Of a stretch of 64,000 bases of DNA, positions 27,851-38,003 are shown one piece after another. The notes below the pieces were generated by a model that was given only the letters and a program-made list of their open reading frames with translations, searched no databases and had not been told where the DNA came from. The stretch's first letter is position 1, and every line of letters starts with the position of its first letter. The stretch spans positions 124,001 to 188,000 of IMG/VR virus record IMGVR_UViG_3300026521_000471; one strand, 5' to 3'. The position numbers and the translations under genes were made by a program.

Positions 27851-30028
27851 ATGGATGTTAAATATTTTTTAGAAAAATTAGGAAGTTTATTAATTATTGG
27901 ATTTGTTATTATATCCACGTCTATTATACTTTATTTTAGCTATAAGTCAAATAATAAAGATATTATGGATGACATTGACAATAATTTACGCCACGAATTG
28001 ATTATTTTATCTATTGCGTCCGAAGATTTGTTTAACAAATATAACAATATACTTACAATGTTAGGGGATAATATTTTATCCAAAGATAATAAACAAAAAT
28101 ATTTAGATACAGCATTAAAATTAGAAACTGATGCAGTGGGCTATGGTTTTATATCACCCGAAGGTAATATATTAATTAACTCCTCAAACGTCGATATAAA
28201 GAAGATCTCTAATTTTATCTCCAACCCCAAAACTAAAGGAACATTTCTTAAAACTATAAAATCAAAATCATCAATTTTAGGACGGTCATATTTATTTAAA
28301 CCGACAAATCAATTAATTGTACCAATAAGAAAAAGTATTAGGAAAAATTCAAAAGTATATGGTGTACTAGCGGTAGGCATTAATATAAATAAGTCGTTTT
28401 CTAATTTATTTACAAATAAAATACATAACAATTCTATAATTTTATTAATCAAAAATAACTCAGCTAGAATTCAATATTCAAACGATAATACGTTCGAAAT
28501 AGATTCTATTTTAAAAACCGATAATCCTCGACTTTTTAAAACTATAAATCAAATGACATTGACTAATACATCATTAAATAATATAAAATATAGGGTAGGT
28601 GTAAAATTTATTGAAAAATACAATCTATGGCTTGTTATAGGCTTTCCTTCAAAAGTTATATCTTCATTAAAAAATGAATGGTTAATAAATGCTGTATCTA
28701 TATGGTTTGTTTTTAACGTAAGTTTTATTATAATGATATTAATTATTAATAAGATTAATAACGATCGGAAAAATGAATTGGAATATATTTCTATACATGA
28801 TCCATTAACACATATTGGAAATAGATATTATTTAAATAAGAAAATAGTCGATTACGAAGAATATAGTATGCTATTTTTAGATCTAGACAATTTTAAATTT
28901 ATAAATGATAACTTCGGACATAATTACGGAGATAAATTTTTAGTTTCTATAGCAACAGAACTTAAAAAAAATATTTCTGCTGATGATTTATTAATACGTT
29001 TTAGTGGTGATGAATTTATAATTATTACTAGGGAAATGAATAAAGATAAATTATTAAGTTTTGCTAAAAGATTATTGAATATGACTAATGAGAAATTTAA
29101 ATATGAGCATAAGACAACCATGAGTATTGGTATTGCACAACGAGAGGGATCTGAAGATCTACATAATGTAAAATATAAAGCAGATTTAGCTTTATATATA
29201 GCAAAAGAAGAACTAAACACCATTATATTCTATGATAAAAATATAGAAGAATCATTTAAAGAAGAACATTTAATAGAAAATGAACTATTAGAAGGTATTA
29301 TTTTAAAAGAAATTTTCATGGTTTATCAACCACAATTAAATACTAAAAATAAAATCGTAGGAATAGAAGCATTAGTTCGATGGAATAATTCAAAGTTAGG
29401 TTATATAAATCCCGAGACATTTATCAAAATCGCTGAAAAAAATGGAAATATGATAATTTTAGGTGATCATATATTAAATCAAGTTTTTAGTGATATTAAT
29501 ACATTTAAAAATATAATTCCAGATAATTTTAATATATCTATTAATATTTCTGTTAAACAATTTATGGAAGATAACTTTGTACAAAAATTAAAGGATAAAT
29601 TATACCAATATAAAGTCAATCCAAATAATATCACATTAGAAGTAACAGAAAATATATTTATTTTAGATTTAAACTATATGGAACAAATAATAAATGATTT
29701 GCATACATTGGGTGTAAAAATTTCTATTGATGATTTTGGAACAGGATACTCTTCTTTATCTTCTGTTAAACATCTGACTATTGATGAAATAAAGATTGAT
29801 AAATCTTTTGTAGATAATATTGAAAACGACCATAGTTCCAAAAGTATGGCTGAAGTAATTATTAAAATGAGTAAAATTTTTAATACCATTATTTTAGCTG
29901 AAGGTATAGAAAATATCAAACAAAAAGAAATTCTTGATAACTTAGGGTGCGATTTCTACCAAGGATATTACTTTTCAAAACCTTTACCATTAACAAAATT
30001 AAAAGAGTTCATAAAAAATAATATTTAA
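27851..30028 (+). CDS. membrane Cache-GGDEF-EAL c-di-GMP enzyme
   Basis: Two TM helices flank a Cache-like domain; HDPLT, DLDNFKFINDNFGH, RFSGDEF; GIEALVRW, EVTE, DDFGTGYSS, EIKID, AEGIE, QGYY. Confidence 0.92.
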   Translation: MDVKYFLEKLGSLLIIGFVIISTSIILYFSYKSNNKDIMDDIDNNLRHELIILSIASEDLFNKYNNILTMLGDNILSKDNKQKYLDTALKLETDAVGYGFISPEGNILINSSNVDIKKISNFISNPKTKGTFLKTIKSKSSILGRSYLFKPTNQLIVPIRKSIRKNSKVYGVLAVGININKSFSNLFTNKIHNNSIILLIKNNSARIQYSNDNTFEIDSILKTDNPRLFKTINQMTLTNTSLNNIKYRVGVKFIEKYNLWLVIGFPSKVISSLKNEWLINAVSIWFVFNVSFIIMILIINKINNDRKNELEYISIHDPLTHIGNRYYLNKKIVDYEEYSMLFLDLDNFKFINDNFGHNYGDKFLVSIATELKKNISADDLLIRFSGDEFIIITREMNKDKLLSFAKRLLNMTNEKFKYEHKTTMSIGIAQREGSEDLHNVKYKADLALYIAKEELNTIIFYDKNIEESFKEEHLIENELLEGIILKEIFMVYQPQLNTKNKIVGIEALVRWNNSKLGYINPETFIKIAEKNGNMIILGDHILNQVFSDINTFKNIIPDNFNISINISVKQFMEDNFVQKLKDKLYQYKVNPNNITLEVTENIFILDLNYMEQIINDLHTLGVKISIDDFGTGYSSLSSVKHLTIDEIKIDKSFVDNIENDHSSKSMAEVIIKMSKIFNTIILAEGIENIKQKEILDNLGCDFYQGYYFSKPLPLTKLKEFIKNNI

Positions 30029-30085
30029 GTTAATTATAAGTTTATTTTGTATATAATAAAACCTAATAAAAATTTAGGAGTTAGA

Positions 30086-31009
30086 ATGGAAAAACTTATG
30101 AAGACCATTGGATGGTCAGTAGTACTAGGTATTGGCCTTGTTATAATCTTAGGATTTATGGCAATCACAAAAACTGGATTTGCAATTGTAAATGACGGTG
30201 AAAGAGGCGTTATGAAAACAGGTACAAAATATGATATGACGGAAGTACAACCCGGTTATCATTTCTTTATACCAATCTATCAGAGTATTGAGATAGACAC
30301 GATTCGTCCAAAACTTATTAATTATTCAAGAACAGAAGCAAACAAAGAAGATTCTGAATTACTTATTTTTGAACCGGTTCTTAAAGGTTTAGATAAAAAA
30401 GGTATTCCTATTGAGTTAGCTTTAAGTATTGAAGTAAAACCCGTAGCAGATCAACTAGCTGAAATGTATAAGAATGATGGTGATTTTGAAAATGCATTCT
30501 ATAAAAAAGTTAAGCAGGTAAATAGAGAGGCCGTACAAGCTACAATTTCTAGATTTAGTGTTGATACTATTATGGATAAAAGACCTGAAGTTGAAAAGTA
30601 TCTTACAGAAAAACTTAATGAAAGTTACTCTAAAAACCCATATTTTAAATTGGTAAATATCAATCTTAAAGATATTATAGTGCCAAAAGAGATCGCTGAT
30701 AAGATGTTAGAAGTTCAATCGGCTAAACAAGATGCTCTCAAATCACAAGAGTTAATTAAGAAAGCACAAAATGAAGCTAAAGCGAGAGAAGCTAAAGCTC
30801 AAGGTGAAGCTAATGCAGTTAAAATTGCGGCACAAGGTAGAGCTGATGCTATTTTAGTCGAGGCTAATGCCCAATCAAAAGCTAATAAATTACTTAGTGC
30901 ATCATTAACTGATAAGGTTATTAAAATTCAAACCGTTGAAAAGTGGAATGGTTCTGTACCTACTTATGTTGGTGGAGAAAATTCACAATTTATTATGGAT
31001 ATGAAATAA
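30086..31009 (+). CDS. SPFH/band-7 (prohibitin-like) membrane protein
   Basis: TM helix, GERGV, PGYHFFIP, AEA-type coiled coil, EKWNG..P; AGGAG RBS before ATG at 30086. Confidence 0.85.
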   Translation: MEKLMKTIGWSVVLGIGLVIILGFMAITKTGFAIVNDGERGVMKTGTKYDMTEVQPGYHFFIPIYQSIEIDTIRPKLINYSRTEANKEDSELLIFEPVLKGLDKKGIPIELALSIEVKPVADQLAEMYKNDGDFENAFYKKVKQVNREAVQATISRFSVDTIMDKRPEVEKYLTEKLNESYSKNPYFKLVNINLKDIIVPKEIADKMLEVQSAKQDALKSQELIKKAQNEAKAREAKAQGEANAVKIAAQGRADAILVEANAQSKANKLLSASLTDKVIKIQTVEKWNGSVPTYVGGENSQFIMDMK

Positions 31010-31023
31010 TCCTTACAACTAAA

Positions 31024-31046
31024 TATCTAGGTTTTTAACCTAGATA
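31024..31046 (+). terminator. terminator hairpin
   Basis: TATCTAGGTT-TTT-AACCTAGATA. Confidence 0.65.
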
Positions 31047-31099
31047 CCTCTCTTTATACTAATCCCTAATAAACCCATATAAATAAATTAAAAATATGG

Positions 31100-31303
31100 A
31101 TGTATAGAATGAAAAAACAATTTACATACCAAAATAATATTTTAGCATTTCCTTGCGGTATTGAAGTTGAAATCAACAAACAGAAACTCAAAGACATTTA
31201 TAAAATCTTTAAATTGGAAAATGAATTTGAAGAAATGATTAAAATAGGTTATAGTGAAATACCCCAATGGGCTGCTTCTCAAATTAGACAATATCTAACA
31301 TAA
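31100..31303 (+). CDS. small late hypothetical protein
   Basis: TATAAATA at 31078. Confidence 0.45.
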   Translation: MYRMKKQFTYQNNILAFPCGIEVEINKQKLKDIYKIFKLENEFEEMIKIGYSEIPQWAASQIRQYLT

Positions 31304-31341
31304 AAATTGTATAATAAAAAGAAACAATTAAGGAGTATATT

Positions 31342-32457
31342 TTGGCTTTACCAAAAAAGAAAAAAATTTTTTCTATCCCACTTAACCCGTACACTTCAAA
31401 AGAAGACTTTGAAAACATCTTTGTTCCATTCTTAAAAAAGAATGCCGATTGGATTTATGATGTATATTTTACAAGTAGAATCCCACCATTTATGCAAGAT
31501 GCAATGGGAGCAAATTTTGATAATAATTCATTAGTACAAATTTTTAATAATGCTATGGCATTAGAACAAGCTACAGGAGTTAGAGTTTCAGCAACTTTCA
31601 ATAATGTTAATGTTCCACCTACTGCAGAGAATTTAGAAATATTTTGTTCAAATCTACAATTTTTATATGATGCAGGACTCAGAAGCATGACACAACCACA
31701 CAATCATTGGATGATGACCGGTGTATTTAAAGAAAAATTTCCCGAATTACAAGTAAAGAATACAGTTTTAAAAAGAGTTGCTACAGCACAAGACTTTTGG
31801 ACTGCATGTGAAGCAGGTTATGATTATATTAATATTGATAGAATTCTTTTGCGTGATGAAGAAATGCTAAAGAGAATTAAAAAAGCCCAACTTAAATTTG
31901 AAAAAGAAACTGGAAAATATGTACCTATCGCATTACTTGCTAATGAAGGGTGTAGAGGTAAATGTCCGGTAATGAATGAACATTATACAATTAATAATGC
32001 TAGTGGTAGCAAACAACCAGGAACAGACAAACCATATTTTTATCAAAAAATTAGTGAAGTTAGTTGCCCTAAATGGAGATTAGAAGATCCTGCTTATTCA
32101 TTCAAAATAGGCAACATACCACCATATCGAGAAGATTTTGAAAGACTTTTAGAGTATGTAGATGTAATAAAAACTCATGGTAGAGAAGGGTTTGGACTAC
32201 TAAATGATACTATCAAATTCATTGAGAGTTATATTAATGGTGATGAAGAATTACATGACATTTCAATTAGAGGTCAAATTGAAGATTTAAAAGTCGACCA
32301 AAATAAATTGCAATTATGGCGAAAACATATTAGAACGTGTCAATTTGAATGTTGGGATTGTCATCTTTGTGATGAACTAGTAGCATCAGCTCAAAAAAAG
32401 AAGGATAAAGATTTAGGTACATCAATAGATGATTTAATAAATTCATATGAAGGATAA
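31342..32457 (+). CDS. peptidase U32-family (Fe-S hydroxylase-like) protein
   Basis: LLANEGCRGKCP..EH, SC, DVIKTHGR, C-terminal CxxxCxxCxxC. Confidence 0.65.
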   Translation: MALPKKKKIFSIPLNPYTSKEDFENIFVPFLKKNADWIYDVYFTSRIPPFMQDAMGANFDNNSLVQIFNNAMALEQATGVRVSATFNNVNVPPTAENLEIFCSNLQFLYDAGLRSMTQPHNHWMMTGVFKEKFPELQVKNTVLKRVATAQDFWTACEAGYDYINIDRILLRDEEMLKRIKKAQLKFEKETGKYVPIALLANEGCRGKCPVMNEHYTINNASGSKQPGTDKPYFYQKISEVSCPKWRLEDPAYSFKIGNIPPYREDFERLLEYVDVIKTHGREGFGLLNDTIKFIESYINGDEELHDISIRGQIEDLKVDQNKLQLWRKHIRTCQFECWDCHLCDELVASAQKKKDKDLGTSIDDLINSYEG

Positions 32458-32719
32458 CATTATGATTAAGATAATTTCAAAATATGATGATAATTCATCA
32501 TTAGATTTTTTAGCGACTAAATGTAATTATGAAGTTGTTATAAGTACTATTGATGATACAACACAATCCACTATATGTGATGGTAAAGATGCAGGACTAA
32601 AAGCATTAGAAGTAATTGATCAATATAAATTGCTTTCTGATAGTAATCCTCCTTTCCCATTCATAGAATCGACAATAGTAAAATATCTTGCTCCATTAAT
32701 TAATAAGATAGGTTTATAA
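32447..32719 (+). CDS. hypothetical protein
   Basis: Coupled ORF. Confidence 0.55.
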   Translation: MKDNIMIKIISKYDDNSSLDFLATKCNYEVVISTIDDTTQSTICDGKDAGLKALEVIDQYKLLSDSNPPFPFIESTIVKYLAPLINKIGL

Positions 32720-32721
32720 TT

Positions 32722-33333
32722 ATGAGTGTTTTACTTGGAAGTAAGATTATAGAAGAAGTATCTAATGGGAAAATTATCATTGAACCATTCAATAAATCTT
32801 TTGTAGGACCAAATTCTATTGATATAACATTAGCTAATAAACTAATTACATATGAACATTGTGAAATTAGAAAAATTGATGGGGAATATACTGTTGTACC
32901 CGCAAAAATATTTGGTTATCAAGAGCCTATTATTGATATGGCTAAAGAAAATACAACGTATGAATTAAAAATTCCGGAAGAAGGATTAGTACTTTCTCCA
33001 AATATTCTATATTTAGGAAGTACAAATGAAAAGGCAGGAAGTGATTATTATGTCCCAATGTATGAAGGTCGTAGCTCAATGGCTCGATTAGGAATACAAT
33101 CTCATGTTTCTGCAGGATTTGGGGATATTTTTTTTAAAAGTAATTGGACCTTAGAAATAACAGTAGTACATAAAACAAAGATATACCCAAATTGTCGAAT
33201 TGGACAAGTATATTTTCATGAAGTAAATGAATTAGAAAGAAGAGATTTAATTAAAATGAAAAAATACTACCAAGGAAAATATTCAGACCAGATAGGTCCT
33301 CAAAAATCTAAATCATATTTAGATTTTCAATAA
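32722..33333 (+). CDS. dcd: dCTP deaminase
   Basis: PNSIDITL, EGRSSMARLG, AGFGD, WTLEI, IGQVYF, KYSDQ. Confidence 0.88.
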   Translation: MSVLLGSKIIEEVSNGKIIIEPFNKSFVGPNSIDITLANKLITYEHCEIRKIDGEYTVVPAKIFGYQEPIIDMAKENTTYELKIPEEGLVLSPNILYLGSTNEKAGSDYYVPMYEGRSSMARLGIQSHVSAGFGDIFFKSNWTLEITVVHKTKIYPNCRIGQVYFHEVNELERRDLIKMKKYYQGKYSDQIGPQKSKSYLDFQ

Positions 33334-33357
33334 ATAAAATAAAAAAGGAGATTTACT

Positions 33358-34272
33358 ATGGCAGTAATTCAAAATATATTCAAAAATCTTGAATACAAAT
33401 TAAATATGACCGAAGAAATAAAACTTTTCAAATGGTCAAATAAAAATATTAAAGAAAAATTAGCGGAATTAATGGATTGGAATGAACAATATTCACCAGA
33501 AGCAGTTATTGTTAAAGCAGCTGAGCAAATTTTAGAATTAAATTATCCTAATGATTATTTAAAGTATTCTGCTATGCAGCAAAAATTTAAACACTCACAT
33601 CCATTTTATATTGAAAATACCGTTGATGATGTATCGGGATTTATTGATTGGGTGAATAGTGTATTTGACCATTTTGATGGGCTTCAAGAAGGTTTATTAG
33701 GTGGATTAGTAGTAACTCCAGCTATTGAGGGGTCTATGATTTCATGCGAATATGAAAAAGGGAAACTTGTAAGAGTACTTAACAAGGGTGATGGAGATGA
33801 CGCAGAGATGATTATTAATATGATGGATTTATCATCAATCCCACAAGAAATTTCAGTTAAGAAAAATATAGCTGTTAGAGGAATAGTCACCCTTAAAGAT
33901 CCAAATAAAAAGAATAAAGGACAAACTGTTACATCGGCTGTTAATTCAATAATGTTTGCAGATAATGCTGATGATAGTAATCTAGTATTCATACCTAATG
34001 AATGGCTTGCTGCTGACGGTAAATGGCAGAATACTTCAAAAACATATCAAATACTTAAAGATAATGGATTTATTGTTCCAGCAGTACATAAGGCTGCACA
34101 AGTTATTGAGGCTCTTGAAAAATATGAAGAATACATTGCAACAGATTTTGGTTATGAATTAATGGGTTGTAGAATTGAAGTAGAAAAATCAGATACAATT
34201 AATGAGCTTATTGACATTATGAAAGAAGAAAATCTTTCAGATTATCAACATAAAATAATTTTGATGGGATAA
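33358..34272 (+). CDS. degenerate NAD-dependent DNA ligase adenylation-domain homologue
   Basis: VTPAIEG..ISCEYEKGKLVRVLNKGDG..E, IPQEI, AVRGIV; motif I Lys absent; no OB, HhH or BRCT domain. Confidence 0.6.
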   Translation: MAVIQNIFKNLEYKLNMTEEIKLFKWSNKNIKEKLAELMDWNEQYSPEAVIVKAAEQILELNYPNDYLKYSAMQQKFKHSHPFYIENTVDDVSGFIDWVNSVFDHFDGLQEGLLGGLVVTPAIEGSMISCEYEKGKLVRVLNKGDGDDAEMIINMMDLSSIPQEISVKKNIAVRGIVTLKDPNKKNKGQTVTSAVNSIMFADNADDSNLVFIPNEWLAADGKWQNTSKTYQILKDNGFIVPAVHKAAQVIEALEKYEEYIATDFGYELMGCRIEVEKSDTINELIDIMKEENLSDYQHKIILMG

Positions 34273-34291
34273 AGGTTTTATACCTTTATCC
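34269..34291. terminator. hairpin between convergent genes
   Basis: GATAAAGG-N7-CCTTTATC. Confidence 0.55.
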
Positions 34292-34567
34292 ATTATATCT
34301 GAATGGTTCACTATCAATCGTTATTGTCCCTTCAGATGAATCTGTATCTCCTGCAAATAATGAATCCTCTTTATTTTCACCATCTTGAATGAATGTCCAT
34401 ATTAATGTATTACCTTTAGTTTTAAATTTCAAATTTTTAATTTCGATACCTAATTCTTCAGCATACTCAATTAAACTATCTTTTATATCAGCCTTAACCG
34501 CTTCCAATCCCTTATAATCATTTTTAACTTCTACACTATTACTCTCTAGTAAATCCTTTAATTTCAT
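34286..34567 (-). CDS. small protein (MKLKDLLE leader)
   Basis: AGGAG RBS; coupled in a minus-strand operon. Confidence 0.65.
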   Translation of the reverse strand: MKLKDLLESNSVEVKNDYKGLEAVKADIKDSLIEYAEELGIEIKNLKFKTKGNTLIWTFIQDGENKEDSLFAGDTDSSEGTITIDSEPFRYNG

Positions 34568-34854
34568 TTGTTCTTCTCCTTATTTAATTTTTTATTTTTA
34601 CCCCATTTTTTAAAAGTTTTAGCTAGGGTCGCTCTTTTTTTTAATAATACCGCTTCATCATGATCTTTCTTTGAAGCTTTAGGATTATTTATAATTTTAT
34701 CAGCTTTTTCAATAGCTGTTTTAATACAATCATAAGATGTTTTTCTAAATCCCATATCTTCACATTGTTGAGTAAAAGCTCCAACTGTTCCTTTTTTCTT
34801 CATAGATTTAGCTACATCTTGAGCCCACCATTCATTTAATTGTTTTAATTTCAC
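34564..34854 (-). CDS. small basic protein (MKLKQLNE leader)
   Basis: GGAG RBS, GTG start. Confidence 0.65.
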   Translation of the reverse strand: MKLKQLNEWWAQDVAKSMKKKGTVGAFTQQCEDMGFRKTSYDCIKTAIEKADKIINNPKASKKDHDEAVLLKKRATLAKTFKKWGKNKKLNKEKNK

Positions 34855-34863
34855 TTTGTACTC

Positions 34864-35418
34864 CTAAAATATAAATATTTCTTTAATTTCTGGCATTAAC
34901 TCAGCAATATCACTACTAACAATCTCAGTCAAATTCTTATCTACATAATTAATAAACTCGTTAATAAGTATTTTTGACTCCTTAATCATTTTATTTACTT
35001 GTTCTTCTTCAGGTTTATCCTCTATACCTTCAAATAAATAAAGGGCTGAAGTATCCAATTTATTATATATGGCATTCATAATTTGGTTATTTGTTTTTGA
35101 ACCTATTTTAGAACCAAACATTAATGAACCTTTCAAATATCGTTCTCCAGGCGATCTAAAAGCAGACCCCATCCTAGTAACTGATATACCAAATTTAAAA
35201 TATATTTGTAATGGATTCTTATCTGGAAATGCTGAAAACTCATAAATTATATCTAATGTATCATTCCAACCTGTTCTAAGTTCTATTGCTTCGATACTAA
35301 TACCATAATCTTTAAAAGAATTATCTATTTGAACTAAAAATTCATCTTTTGATTTTTTTAAATAAAAATATTGTATATCCTTACTGGGAAACATACCCAA
35401 ATTATTGATAAATTCCAT
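34864..35418 (-). CDS. hypothetical protein
   Basis: Coupled ORF. Confidence 0.6.
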   Translation of the reverse strand: MEFINNLGMFPSKDIQYFYLKKSKDEFLVQIDNSFKDYGISIEAIELRTGWNDTLDIIYEFSAFPDKNPLQIYFKFGISVTRMGSAFRSPGERYLKGSLMFGSKIGSKTNNQIMNAIYNKLDTSALYLFEGIEDKPEEEQVNKMIKESKILINEFINYVDKNLTEIVSSDIAELMPEIKEIFIF

Positions 35419-35660
35419 TATATTTCCTGGATTATTATAGTATTCATACCTAAATAAGAGATACTATATTTTCTCATTAGAGATGGTATAGAATTCATAT
35501 CATCAACTATATTTTTAACTCTTTTCGATGGTAATGATACATCAATTTCGTACCCATTTGACTTTTTAAAGTATTTAACTTTTAAATTATTATTTTTAAA
35601 ATATTCTTCAATATCACTTATTTTAGATTCATTTATCTTCAATATATTCTTTAATAGCAT
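35418..35660 (-). CDS. small protein (MLLKNILKINE leader)
   Basis: AATAAATA at 35684-35691 on the minus strand. Confidence 0.55.
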   Translation of the reverse strand: MLLKNILKINESKISDIEEYFKNNNLKVKYFKKSNGYEIDVSLPSKRVKNIVDDMNSIPSLMRKYSISYLGMNTIIIQEI

Positions 35661-35769
35661 AGTATTTTAACCTTTTTTTCTTTTATTTATTAAAAAATTA
35701 CTTTTTAGTACCAAAATTATAATTAATTTTGTAAAGTAATCTAAAAGAACTATATTTTAAAGGCATAAT

Positions 35770-36324
35770 ATGATAATTAAAAAACATAGAAATAATTTAA
35801 ATCTATTGAACTGCTCTAAAGAAGAAATGGAAAAGATACTTACTTTTCTAGAAAATGATATGGATACTTCACTAAAAATAGAAGAATATCCGACATGGGA
35901 TAAATGGAGTGATCATATTAATATTATGGATCATGCCAATTCTTTAGGCGATATTTCCGAATTTAAACGTTCGGGAGTATATAAAATATACCATAAGAAA
36001 AAACTTATATATATTGGTGAAACTAGATGTGATGGTTCATTAAGTACTAAAGATCATAAAGTTAGAAATGGTATGTGGGCTAGAAGAGGAGATTTTAGAA
36101 GTACAGCGTTAAGTAATGGGACTGTTAAAAACCCATATGGTAATGCTTTATCATTTCTTGAAAAGTTTGGGGTAGATGAATTAAAAAATGTAACTCATAG
36201 ATTCCATGTTGTATCACCAGAATTTTGTCTTGAAGCTGAAACAGATTTATTACAGCAATATTATGATAAACACAAAACATTACCAATATTACAAACCGAA
36301 ATCGATTATAAGCGTGTTCAGTAA
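35770..36324 (+). CDS. GIY-YIG-like nuclease domain protein
   Basis: SGVYKIY..LIYIGET..R..E pattern. Confidence 0.55.
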   Translation: MIIKKHRNNLNLLNCSKEEMEKILTFLENDMDTSLKIEEYPTWDKWSDHINIMDHANSLGDISEFKRSGVYKIYHKKKLIYIGETRCDGSLSTKDHKVRNGMWARRGDFRSTALSNGTVKNPYGNALSFLEKFGVDELKNVTHRFHVVSPEFCLEAETDLLQQYYDKHKTLPILQTEIDYKRVQ

Positions 36325-36372
36325 TTTTTAAATAAAATGTAAAATATTACTATAATCAATTAAAGGCTTAAA

Positions 36373-37398
36373 ATGAAATATGAATGTATAATGGATTTTG
36401 CATTAACCGATAATAAGGTTGGCGATATAGTAAATATTGAAAAAACGAATGCCGGATACTTAGTAAATGATATTGAAATATTAGATTCTGAATCAACATA
36501 CAAATATTTTAAAAAAAGAAAAATCCCAGGTTTTAACCATGCACCATTTAGCCATTCAAAAATGGAGACATGGGCTAGTTGTCCTAAAAAATTTGAATTT
36601 AATTACATCATTCGTCCACCTAGGGAATCTACACCCAACCCTATTTTAGAAAAAGGAACTTTATTTCACGCTGTTTTAGAGTTTGATATGGTAGATAAAC
36701 TTGATGATTTTGATATTCCTGATAATTTTGAGGCTCTGTCTCGTGATGATTGTGGAAAAATTATTACTCAAGCATTAGAATTTTCAGAAAATTCAGAAAT
36801 TTACCAATGGATTAAAAATCTAAAAGGTAAAAAAGTACCAGAACAAGAAATGTTCCTTGGACCAAATCTTGAACCTGTAGAATGTTTAGAAGATTCTTTA
36901 ATACGAGGCTTTATAGACTTAATAATTTGGGATGATGAAACTGGTTCGTGTTATATATTTGATTGGAAAACAGGCGGCAAATCAAAAGAGGCTCTAAAAA
37001 AGTGGCCTAAATCAAAAGACCAATTAGAATTATATGCCATTTGGGCTCATGAAGTTTATGGTGCTAGTTATATAGAAACTGCGTTTGTTTATGTAGAACA
37101 TAATCATATGGCTAAATATACATTTGAATCTAAAGATATTCCTATACTCAAAAAAAAGTTTTTAAATAAAATAAATAATATTGAAAAAGATAAAACTTTT
37201 AATAAATCTATATCACAACTTTGTGCATGGTGCGATTTTAAAGAATTATGCTTAGGTATTCCAGCAGATAAAAATCCAAGAGAAATAACTAAGGATGAAA
37301 TATTTTCCGCAGCTAAAGGTACACCTAAAAAAAATAAATCAAATTCTAAAAATACTGCTTTCTTAAATAAAATTAGAAAAGGTCGAAATAAAGAATGA
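36373..37398 (+). CDS. Cas4/RecB-like PD-(D/E)XK exonuclease
   Basis: SHSK..CPKKF, GTLFHAVLE, RGFIDL, DWKTG, QLELYA, CAWCDFKELC. Confidence 0.85.
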   Translation: MKYECIMDFALTDNKVGDIVNIEKTNAGYLVNDIEILDSESTYKYFKKRKIPGFNHAPFSHSKMETWASCPKKFEFNYIIRPPRESTPNPILEKGTLFHAVLEFDMVDKLDDFDIPDNFEALSRDDCGKIITQALEFSENSEIYQWIKNLKGKKVPEQEMFLGPNLEPVECLEDSLIRGFIDLIIWDDETGSCYIFDWKTGGKSKEALKKWPKSKDQLELYAIWAHEVYGASYIETAFVYVEHNHMAKYTFESKDIPILKKKFLNKINNIEKDKTFNKSISQLCAWCDFKELCLGIPADKNPREITKDEIFSAAKGTPKKNKSNSKNTAFLNKIRKGRNKE

Positions 37399-38003
37399 AA
37401 CTCGAAACATTAATTTCAACAGTTAAAGATAAAATTATATACAAAATGGATTTCTATCAATCTATTATTATTATTAATGTTCCAAAGCAAAAAATTTTAA
37501 ATAAAGGTACTATAATTTTTTTGCTAAATAAACAATCAGGTGTATTATCTGGAGAATGGTTTAATAATAAAAATAGCAATATAAAATTATTTGGAATTCT
37601 AAATAATAAATTTATAAAATCCATATTAAAAAATAAAAAATTAAGATTATTAAATAGTATCTTACCTGATGTATTAGTCAATAAAGATTTTATAATAGAA
37701 TATAAATTTCTTTCACCAGAAGAGAAAAAATTATTGAAAGAGTATATAATATCTTCTGAAGAACAAATACACAACAAGTATATGACATTTGATAATAAAT
37801 TTAATAAAGTCTCTTGGGAACAAAGCATTAAACTATCTTCTAACTATTTTGTAGAATGGTGTAAAGATAGCTCAAATATACAAGATTGTATTAAAAATGC
37901 AATCAACATTGCTAATAAAAATTTAGATATAAATTTAAAACGCAGAGCAATTTTAAATAAATGTTTTATAGATATTAGAAAATGGAGAGAAAAAAATGGC
38001 TAA
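37395..38003 (+). CDS. hypothetical protein
   Basis: ATGA-coupled ORF. Confidence 0.55.
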   Translation: MKLETLISTVKDKIIYKMDFYQSIIIINVPKQKILNKGTIIFLLNKQSGVLSGEWFNNKNSNIKLFGILNNKFIKSILKNKKLRLLNSILPDVLVNKDFIIEYKFLSPEEKKLLKEYIISSEEQIHNKYMTFDNKFNKVSWEQSIKLSSNYFVEWCKDSSNIQDCIKNAINIANKNLDINLKRRAILNKCFIDIRKWREKNG

